This document shows positions 56,584-64,000 of a stretch of DNA of 64,000 bases, in pieces. Source of the stretch: Candidatus Daviesbacteria bacterium (GTDB lineage Bacteria > Patescibacteriota > Microgenomatia > Daviesbacterales > UBA10151); contig CP066688.1 in assembly GCA_016432425.1 (NCBI GenBank), positions 642,619 to 706,618 of the forward strand, given 5' to 3'. Position 1 is the first letter of the stretch; every line of letters starts with the position of its first letter. The notes beneath the pieces were generated by a model. It was not told the DNA's origin, made no database searches, and saw nothing but the letters and a program-made list of their open reading frames with translations. The translations under genes and the position numbers were made by a program.

Positions 56584-58620
56584 TTAATCTGGCATTACTT
56601 CTCTAGCCAGATTTGACAATTTTGCCTTAAGATTAGGGTAGTTGTCAAGCTGGGGGTCAATTTGCAGTAAATTCTCTGCTGCGGTTTTAGTTTTTTCAAT
56701 TAACTTTAAATCAGTTAAATCAGCAATTTGAAAATTCCATCTGCCGCTCTGGGCTATGCCAAAAATAGTGCCTGAGCCACGGATTTTTAAATCCAACTCT
56801 GCTAATTTTAAGCCGTTATAAGTGGTAGTTAAATATTTTAAGCGGGCAGTTTCAGAGGTTCCCCCACTGGTAAAAAGCAGACAAAAAGATTCTTTCGCTC
56901 CCCGTCCAATTCGCCCCCGTAATTGATGAAGCTGGGCCAAGCCAAACTTTTCCGCCCCTTCAATGACCATGATGGTGGCATTGAGTATATCTACTCCCAC
57001 CTCTACTACTGAAGTAGAAACTAAAATTTGCACTTTTCCCTCTCGGAAATCTTGCAACACTGCCTCTTTTTCTTTAGCTTTAAGCCTGCCATGAAGCAGG
57101 CCCAATTTTAAATGCGGGAAGATTTTTAATAGCCTCTCATATTCTACCTTGGCTGCTTTGGCTGAGACATTGGTTTCGGAGGGTTCGATCATGGGGGTAA
57201 TGATATAAGCTTGGCCACCGGCCTTAACTTTTTTCTCAATAAACTTATAAGCATCAGAGCGTTTTTTCTCTGGTACCAAATGAGTACTAATTTTGGGGCG
57301 ATTTTTGGGTAACTCATCAATCACTGATAAATCTAAATCTCCATATAAAGTTAGGGCTACGGTTCGCGGGATAGGAGTGGCGGTCATGGTTAAAAAATGG
57401 GGCACTTTGGCTTTTTGCCGCAGGTAGGATCGCTGCTCCACCCCAAAACGGTGTTGCTCGTCAATGATGACTAGACCTACATTTTTTGTAACTAATTTGT
57501 CGGATAAAAGTGCATGAGTCCCGATGATTACATCTCCGGATCCTGCCGCTAAATTTTTTCTGCTGCCAGTATATATACCAACACTTATTCCAAATGGTTC
57601 TAGCAGCTTTTTTAAGGTTTCATGATGTTGCCAGGCCAGGATTTCCGTGGGAGCCATTAGCAGTGTTTGAAAACCATTTAAAAAAGCCAAATAGGCAGCT
57701 GCAACTGCCACCACTGTTTTGCCGGAGCCTACTTCTCCTTGTAATAACCTATTCATGGGCAGCTCTTTTTTGAGGTCACTGATAATTTCACCTAAAACTT
57801 TTTGCTGGGAGTTAGTTAATTGAAAAGGCAAACTGTGGATAAATTTATTGAGTTGGGCAGAATCTATTTGCCATGGTTCGACTACTTTCTTTTGTTGCCA
57901 AGCCAATCTGGTTTGCAGGGTGGCCAGTTGCACTAAAAACAGCTCATCAAATCCGAGGCGTTCTTGGGCTTGGTTTAACTCCTCCCAATTTTTCGGGAAG
58001 TGAATTATTTCTATAGCCTCATCTAAAGACTGCATGCCGTTTTTGATTTGGTCCGGTAAAAACTCAGTAATTTCATTTTTAACTTGAGGCAAAATTTTAT
58101 GAATTTGACTGCGGAACCATTTGGAATTTACTCCAAAAATTTCAGAATAAATAGGCACTAATCTTCCGGTATGTAATCCATGTAATCCCGATGTTTCTAC
58201 CTCTCCAACCCCCGGTGTTGGTAAGCGCTCCCAGACGGGGGCAATAATGGATAAGTTGTTTTTGTATAAAGAGACCTTGCCGGCAATTTGCAGTTTGGTC
58301 CCGGCGGGAAGGGTTTTGGGTAAATATGATTGGTTAAACCAAGTTAGCTCCAAAGAGTGAGATCCGTCATTAAATAAAGCTTTGGTGATTACTTTGCGGG
58401 TTCTGGTGTAACTATTTTTAATCTGCCAAATTTCCCCTACTAGCGTTACTTTCTCCCCTGGCTGAAGCTCAGAGGCAGTTTTGACAGTGGATAAATCTTC
58501 GTATCTAAAAGGGAAATAATAAATTAAATCTTCTACAGTGAACAGTTGTAGCTGGGCTAATCTCTTGCTCAAAGTCAGACCAATACCAGGAATTTTTACT
58601 AAAGGAGTTTTTAAATCCAT
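56584..58620 (-). CDS. recG: ATP-dependent DNA helicase RecG
   Basis: A wedge domain, Walker A GEVGSGKT, DEQHRFGV, and helicase C motifs LRGRIGRG. Confidence 0.92.
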   Translation of the reverse strand: MDLKTPLVKIPGIGLTLSKRLAQLQLFTVEDLIYYFPFRYEDLSTVKTASELQPGEKVTLVGEIWQIKNSYTRTRKVITKALFNDGSHSLELTWFNQSYLPKTLPAGTKLQIAGKVSLYKNNLSIIAPVWERLPTPGVGEVETSGLHGLHTGRLVPIYSEIFGVNSKWFRSQIHKILPQVKNEITEFLPDQIKNGMQSLDEAIEIIHFPKNWEELNQAQERLGFDELFLVQLATLQTRLAWQQKKVVEPWQIDSAQLNKFIHSLPFQLTNSQQKVLGEIISDLKKELPMNRLLQGEVGSGKTVVAVAAAYLAFLNGFQTLLMAPTEILAWQHHETLKKLLEPFGISVGIYTGSRKNLAAGSGDVIIGTHALLSDKLVTKNVGLVIIDEQHRFGVEQRSYLRQKAKVPHFLTMTATPIPRTVALTLYGDLDLSVIDELPKNRPKISTHLVPEKKRSDAYKFIEKKVKAGGQAYIITPMIEPSETNVSAKAAKVEYERLLKIFPHLKLGLLHGRLKAKEKEAVLQDFREGKVQILVSTSVVEVGVDILNATIMVIEGAEKFGLAQLHQLRGRIGRGAKESFCLLFTSGGTSETARLKYLTTTYNGLKLAELDLKIRGSGTIFGIAQSGRWNFQIADLTDLKLIEKTKTAAENLLQIDPQLDNYPNLKAKLSNLAREVMPD

Positions 58621-58658
58621 GAGGGCATTATATAACTAGATTAAAGTATGTGTAAGAC

Positions 58659-59642
58659 TTAACTTCCAACCTTTTTAACTATTTTTCCAAGCAAATGGCC
58701 GGCGCCTCTGGCAACTGTAGCTAATTTGGTAGGTGGTGCATTACCGTCATCTGGCTCTGGTGTTTCTTCTGGAGCTTTTGTGTCTTCCGCTATTTCACCT
58801 TCAGGAGTGAGTTCGACTGGAGAAATAGTTACGATTGGAGTTGGCTCCGGGGTTCTTAAATGGTAAATATCTAAAGCTCGGTTATAAATTTCTTTGTCCT
58901 CATCAGTACTGGCTGCTTCACTAATTTTTTGAATCAATTGGTCTTCTAATAAACCGGCAGCAGTTTCAAAGACTGCCTGATCCCACTCCTCATCACTAGT
59001 GAATCCTTCCTTGTTAAACTCGGGTTCTACATCTGCATATTGAATTAAACCGGACCTTAAGGATACCTCCACTTCTTCTTTAGTCATCTGGCCTGAGGCA
59101 ATCACTTTTTCTCTATCTTCAGCTTTAACTAAATCTGCACCATATTCTCTAATCTTTTCTGCTAAATGATAGGCTGCTAAGTTTTTATCCTCATCAGTAA
59201 TCTCCTTGATTTCTTCTACTTTTTCAGCAAAATTTCTAAAATAATCGATTACCGCCATAGTTTGATCATGCCTGTTGCCTAAGGCTTTTAAATAGTTCTC
59301 CTTTGGATCTCCCCCATCATTTTGAGTATAATCCTCGGCTTTAGTATTAACTTGATTGTCAAAATGGTCATCATCTTGATAAAAACCATTGAGCCAGAAA
59401 TCAGTCCTTTCTTGACTAACTTTTTGTAAATCGGCTAAATGTTGGGTTAAATCATCTTGTTCCTGGGAAGTCTTGTAACTTAAGATATTTTTTAAAGTGT
59501 CAGATTCAACCAAGGTTGTTAACCTGTCTTGTATTTTGGTACGAGCTTGTCTTAAGTTTTGCAGAGCAAATTGCCTCAGACTGGTTTTATAGACGTTGTT
59601 ATCAGGAGTTAAAAAAACTAATTCACGCCTTTCAGTAATCAT
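58659..59642 (-). CDS. Hypothetical acidic protein (327 aa)
   Basis: ORF with no recognisable motif. It is the last gene of a 3-gene minus-strand operon. Confidence 0.5.
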   Translation of the reverse strand: MITERRELVFLTPDNNVYKTSLRQFALQNLRQARTKIQDRLTTLVESDTLKNILSYKTSQEQDDLTQHLADLQKVSQERTDFWLNGFYQDDDHFDNQVNTKAEDYTQNDGGDPKENYLKALGNRHDQTMAVIDYFRNFAEKVEEIKEITDEDKNLAAYHLAEKIREYGADLVKAEDREKVIASGQMTKEEVEVSLRSGLIQYADVEPEFNKEGFTSDEEWDQAVFETAAGLLEDQLIQKISEAASTDEDKEIYNRALDIYHLRTPEPTPIVTISPVELTPEGEIAEDTKAPEETPEPDDGNAPPTKLATVARGAGHLLGKIVKKVGS

Positions 59643-59679
59643 TGATACCGCTAATTATCTCATAGTGTTTTTAAAAAAG

Positions 59680-61236
59680 TCAAGAATGTGAAACTAAAGA
59701 AGAGGTGAATCTGTCTTTGATAAATTTTCTGACATACTCCCAATACTCATGAACTAAATCCTTAGCATAAGGATTAACATTACCAAAAGGGACATTCATT
59801 TGGTCATCATCAAAAACACCTCCCTCCTTATCCTTAAATAGTACTTCTTGGTTTGTAGTTATTTTAAAAGATCCTTGTACTCCTCCATCACCAATATTCC
59901 TGTCGGCAACTAAGGTTGTTTGTCTAACCTTTGGAGAAGGCGGTGGAGGATTTTCAGCTTGGGCTTCTGCTACACGATTTAAGTTGTTTATAATTAATGC
60001 CTGATGGTTAAAATCAGTATCTAGTTTGTCCTTAAGAATATTTGTTTCTAAAAACCAAGCTATTTTTTGTTTCCATTCATCTGGTGAAATTTTGCCTAAT
60101 TTACCTAAGAAAGCCTCTAAGATCATAACTTGCCTTCTTTCTCTTCGCTTTTCCGGCATTTTCCAATCATCATTTGCATTTGCCTGTCTAGCTTTCATAA
60201 AATTTATTACTCTTTTTCCTCCCAAGGTAAATATGCCTTTTTCATACTGGAAAGGTAATTGGGGGTTTCCGCCAATATACGTTCCGGTAGTCCTCAGGTT
60301 CCAAGGAATCTCTATCGGTATACCACCTAAACTATTAAACAAATCAGCAAGAAATTCATCACTCATGCTAACTTGATCATCAATAACCAAACCGGTAGCA
60401 TCCTCCAGGGTTTGTCTCATTAAATCAAAACCCCCTTCCCGGTAGGCTCTGCTAATGGATTTAGCTTTAATTCCTTGTTTGGGATCTTGTTTTTGCTCCA
60501 GTTCAGGTGCTCGTAGATCAGCAAAAGAAATGATATCGAAAGCGTTACTTTGAGAATTGTAAGAGAGGATAGTAATAGTATCAAAATCTTGGGGTTTGAT
60601 CATTCCAGGATTAAAGTCTTGGCCTCGATGGTGCAGAGCAATATTAAGACGGTTTCTGTTTAGTTCAGGATCAACTCTATGGAAAAATCCTGAATCAAAT
60701 TTAGCCCGTTCTAAGCGTTTTTTATTGGCTTCTACTATAAAAGGGCGTAAAAAATATGGGGCTTGGTTAATTTTAATATCTGGGACTTTGGTAATATCAA
60801 CTTGAGTTAGGGTATCTCTAAGCATGGGGGTACTGGCTACAACTCCTCCCAGTGTTCCCAAAGCTATGGCAGTTGCTAACCCGGCACCACTAAATCGACC
60901 AACTTTAGAAGATTTTCGTTTTGTCCTTCTTTTTTCTTCCTTAACCAACCCTTTTTGTTGCAAGAATAAATCTACCAAGGCAGAGTGATCAATGGTGGGG
61001 TCATTAGGGTCGAAGCTAAGCATTTCCCTTAAGTTATCATACTCATTTGCTAATTTCTGTAAATCTTTCGGAGCTAAGATTATCTGGTGTACGATTGCTT
61101 TTACCTGAATTAAATCTAAAATTGGGTCAGTAGAGTCAGAAGGAATAAGTGATAAAGTTTCATTCCAGGCAGTAGGTCGGCGGGTTTGAGTAACAAGATT
61201 TTGATAGTTAGTTATTGTTTCTGCTGTTTCGCTCAT
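59680..61236 (-). CDS. LytR-CpsA-Psr (LCP) family protein with an N-terminal TM
   Basis: DTITILSYNSQSNAFDIISF...GGFDLMRQTLEDATGLVIDDQVSMSDEFLADLFNSLGGI follows the LCP-domain pattern. Confidence 0.55.
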   Translation of the reverse strand: MSETAETITNYQNLVTQTRRPTAWNETLSLIPSDSTDPILDLIQVKAIVHQIILAPKDLQKLANEYDNLREMLSFDPNDPTIDHSALVDLFLQQKGLVKEEKRRTKRKSSKVGRFSGAGLATAIALGTLGGVVASTPMLRDTLTQVDITKVPDIKINQAPYFLRPFIVEANKKRLERAKFDSGFFHRVDPELNRNRLNIALHHRGQDFNPGMIKPQDFDTITILSYNSQSNAFDIISFADLRAPELEQKQDPKQGIKAKSISRAYREGGFDLMRQTLEDATGLVIDDQVSMSDEFLADLFNSLGGIPIEIPWNLRTTGTYIGGNPQLPFQYEKGIFTLGGKRVINFMKARQANANDDWKMPEKRRERRQVMILEAFLGKLGKISPDEWKQKIAWFLETNILKDKLDTDFNHQALIINNLNRVAEAQAENPPPPSPKVRQTTLVADRNIGDGGVQGSFKITTNQEVLFKDKEGGVFDDDQMNVPFGNVNPYAKDLVHEYWEYVRKFIKDRFTSSLVSHS

Positions 61237-61239
61237 AAT

Positions 61240-63996
61240 TTATACTCGTCTTCTAGGAGGCGGAGGTGATACAAAAGGAACTTCTTTAAAATTAATACCT
61301 AATTTACCATCCTTGATTTCAAAACCGGAGACTTGCCAGTTATGGTCTATTTGAGAATTTATTTGAGCTTTTAATAAACGATTAATATCTCTAATTTGTT
61401 TTTCTACCTCTCCACGCCTAGTGCCGGCAGCTGCATTGAGGTCGAGACGGTCTATTATTACTTGGATGTTACCAGAGGGGTCGGTCTCCAATCGGGCCGT
61501 AAAATTAGCAGTACCCGTGACAGTAAAAGGTCCTACTTTCTCTGTTCTGGCAATATCTCCTTCAATAATTAATTGCCCGTTTTGGATACGAGAATTTAAC
61601 TGGTTAATTTTAGTATTAGGAATCTGTAAAGTTTTTAAGTAGGTATTTAAATTATCTGGAGTTGTTTCGTAATGGATAGTACCCGTAGTACTTGTAGATA
61701 TTTCATGATTTATTTGAGCTAATAAATCTCCAGCCGGAGGATGTGGTCTTTCTGGAACTGGAGTGGGAGTGGGTTGATGAGCAGGTTCTAGTCGAATCTC
61801 GTCTGGCGAGATTAGTGAAATGGCTTTTTCAATAATTATGGCTGATGATTCACTAGAAGTAGCAGGAACTGTAATGTCACTCCTAATTAGATCAACCATT
61901 GGTACTAAGATGGGACCTTGTATGGGGTCAAGAATTTGAACCTGTAAATTTCCATCAGGTCCTCTGGTCACTCTATTTCCCGGCATGATGGCTCCTACGT
62001 GTCCTGGGCCAAGTGGCACAATAACCCCCGCTCCGTTTTCTACCGCACCAAGAATCTGACTAACAGAGTTACTACGTCTAGTTGCAACTTCAGGAGCCAA
62101 GTGTTCTAAAGCTCTTTCCACATCTGAAGGGATTGCTCCCCCTCTGTGGGTACTAGAATATTCTTTCCCACCTAAATAATTAACAAAATTTTCTTCTTTG
62201 TGTTTATTTGAATCATATACATCTAAAGCTCTTAAGATATTGCCGGCAGAAGCAAATTGGCATGTGAGCATATCAGGGTTTGTCTGCAATTCCCAGTCAA
62301 TGCCTCTTTGCCCAACTTCATCTAAGGGAAAAGTGTAAAGGTAAAGTTCGTTTGCTATTCTTTGTTCCTCTCTAGCATGTTCTGCTATACGTCTTAATAC
62401 TCTCTCTTCATACCCACCGCCTCGGGCTACAGTGAGCGCCCAATTTCCTACATTCTGTTTCTCGACCCACTCTCTGGTTTCATCCAGTTCTGCCTGAGTA
62501 ATTGGCTCAGGTGCGCTAACCCTTATAGGAGGTCTGGGGGTAGTAGGAACTGTGGCTTCGAGAGTTTCTGTCAAAGGTGATGGAGGTGCCGCAGGAGCAA
62601 CTGAGGTTGGAACAAGCGCTGGAATGGGAGTAGGAGTTGGAGTGGGGGTTGGTCTTGGTCCTGCAGGGATAGGTGGAGCACCTCTTCTTTCTGGTTGTTC
62701 CAGCGGCCTTCTGGCAATAAAGAATGGTACCCCCCAATCTGTATAGAAAGGTTCTCGTCCCAGTGGAGTTTCTGGTGTTCCGGGCCCTGCAGGAGTAGGC
62801 TCAATTGGAGAAGGCGGCTCTTCCGGGGGAACTAAATCCGGGATTTTAACTTCTACTGCCTCTGGTAGCGCCCCTAACCCTCTAATAGTGGCAAAGTTTT
62901 GCAGAACATTAACTCCATCTCGTTGCACCATCCTGCCTGCTTCTATAAAACCATACTTACCATCTTGTCCTAGGTTAAAAATATCTTGTCTGTTATATAC
63001 TTCAGTGGCAATATTGCCATCAGGCAGATTTTGTAGGGCCTGTTGGTTTAACACAATCTTGGAAAATTCTGCCAAACTCATGCTATTGGGATTATTAGGA
63101 TCTACTTTTAGGCTAGGGTTGGCATTTGGATCCAGCCGCAATATTCCATCGTAGTTACCATCTGCTCCGTCTGAGACCCACACACCATCTTGGGGTAAGC
63201 TGGGTAATGAGAAATACCAACCCGCTTCTTTATTTTGTATAATTTCCGGTACTTTTACTGGATTGGGGTTGAGGCCTTTTTGGAAACCATCACCCATATT
63301 TCTCATATCTAAAATGATACTCTCTCCCTCTTTGTGGGTGTAAAAACGTAGCTCATTTTGTTGTGATCCTGGCCTGTCATATGAATACCATTCTCGATGG
63401 TCTACGTTGGTTGAATGTTTAATCCATTCCCCCTCCGGACCCAAAATAGGTTTGGTTTCCTGTAGGTTTTCCATGAAGCCGGGGGAAGGTGAGGTTTGTG
63501 GGGTGGATGGTGGATTTTGTTCTGTCGGGGATAGCGATTCCCCGGCTGATACTCCCCCTGGATTTAATAAGTTGCCGACTGCATTAGCTGTTAGGTTAGT
63601 CAGGGCATAGCCGCCAATTCCTGCCGCTGTTGTCATTAGTCCCCGGCTCACTATTCTGTATCTTAGAGCAGCATCAAAAGCCTGTTGCCTGCGGGCAATG
63701 GACTCTGCCTCATTTACCCCTAAATTACCCAGAGCAATTTGGAAATTAGCATTAATGGCCGTGGCATTTCTTAGATGATCCATCTGGTTTTCCGTCAGTT
63801 GGGTAATTAGCCAATCAGTTCTATCAGCATTTTGCGGGGCATTCCCATTAGGCAGCAAGGCATTTTGAATTTCCATTAACCGGTTTTGGTTTTGTCCTAA
63901 AAAGCTTCTTAAGGCCACTTGAGCACTAGCCCGGGTTAACTCCAGCTCTGTTTTTTGTTGCTGATAAACTTCTGGAGTATTATCGGTGGCTGACAA
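61240..63996 (-). CDS. Large (918 aa) hypothetical protein with a Pro/Thr-rich linker (PTPTPTPTP) and possible Cys/His hydrolase-like regions
   Basis: ORF with its ATG at 63996, hydrophobic segments and a PT linker. It is the first gene of the 3-gene operon. Confidence 0.55.
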   Translation of the reverse strand: MSATDNTPEVYQQQKTELELTRASAQVALRSFLGQNQNRLMEIQNALLPNGNAPQNADRTDWLITQLTENQMDHLRNATAINANFQIALGNLGVNEAESIARRQQAFDAALRYRIVSRGLMTTAAGIGGYALTNLTANAVGNLLNPGGVSAGESLSPTEQNPPSTPQTSPSPGFMENLQETKPILGPEGEWIKHSTNVDHREWYSYDRPGSQQNELRFYTHKEGESIILDMRNMGDGFQKGLNPNPVKVPEIIQNKEAGWYFSLPSLPQDGVWVSDGADGNYDGILRLDPNANPSLKVDPNNPNSMSLAEFSKIVLNQQALQNLPDGNIATEVYNRQDIFNLGQDGKYGFIEAGRMVQRDGVNVLQNFATIRGLGALPEAVEVKIPDLVPPEEPPSPIEPTPAGPGTPETPLGREPFYTDWGVPFFIARRPLEQPERRGAPPIPAGPRPTPTPTPTPIPALVPTSVAPAAPPSPLTETLEATVPTTPRPPIRVSAPEPITQAELDETREWVEKQNVGNWALTVARGGGYEERVLRRIAEHAREEQRIANELYLYTFPLDEVGQRGIDWELQTNPDMLTCQFASAGNILRALDVYDSNKHKEENFVNYLGGKEYSSTHRGGAIPSDVERALEHLAPEVATRRSNSVSQILGAVENGAGVIVPLGPGHVGAIMPGNRVTRGPDGNLQVQILDPIQGPILVPMVDLIRSDITVPATSSESSAIIIEKAISLISPDEIRLEPAHQPTPTPVPERPHPPAGDLLAQINHEISTSTTGTIHYETTPDNLNTYLKTLQIPNTKINQLNSRIQNGQLIIEGDIARTEKVGPFTVTGTANFTARLETDPSGNIQVIIDRLDLNAAAGTRRGEVEKQIRDINRLLKAQINSQIDHNWQVSGFEIKDGKLGINFKEVPFVSPPPPRRRV

Positions 63997-64000
63997 CAGG

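Overview
This is a low-GC (roughly 40%) bacterial window read with the standard genetic code. TGA is used as a stop, including in ATGA gene overlaps. Genes are small and tightly packed, and many lack a Shine-Dalgarno sequence. The gene content (a Gram-positive-type type IV pilus locus with no secretin, many small surface proteins, a DGR-like repeat pair) suggests a CPR/Patescibacteria-like organism, but that is an inference from the sequence alone.

Housekeeping genes, in order along the window:
- prmC (partial), prfA, rpmE
- a histidyl-tRNA-synthetase-like catalytic core lacking an anticodon-binding domain
- dnaB, tRNA-Leu(CAA), efp, lgt, a DksA/TraR zinc finger, an RluA pseudouridine synthase, a CPA2/RCK antiporter, tgt, yebC, ruvC, xerC/D, a P-type ATPase
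- gyrA and gyrB, separated by 5 kb
- holB, trmD, a KH protein, rpsP, rnc, an ACP-like protein, nusB, rpmF, recG

Accessory content:
1. A diversity-generating-retroelement (DGR) template/variable repeat pair with a clear adenine-specific mismatch pattern sits at the 3' end of CDS 40258..41001. No reverse transcriptase is visible anywhere in the window.
2. A surface-protein cluster (22889..27260) encodes a 905-aa protein with dockerin-like and IPT/TIG modules, followed by two cohesin-like proteins.
3. A 14-gene type IV pilus locus (42305..53678) carries seven pilin-like paralogs and a duplicated, apparently leaderless promoter/operator.
4. An IS200/IS605-family (RAYT-like) transposase is bracketed by inverted repeats.
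5. A family of dispersed, frame-preserving 27/33-bp tandem repeats with a conserved head (TAAGCARAGCTTGCC) occurs at three loci.
6. Two secreted proteins 21 kb apart share a near-identical signal-peptide-encoding module.
7. A PHP / nucleotidyltransferase / HAD / APH-kinase cluster resembles a MurNAc recycling module.
8. About 1 kb (21851..22888) has no convincing ORF and contains internal short repeats.

All coordinates and calls come from reading the sequence and the supplied ORF track. No database searches were run.
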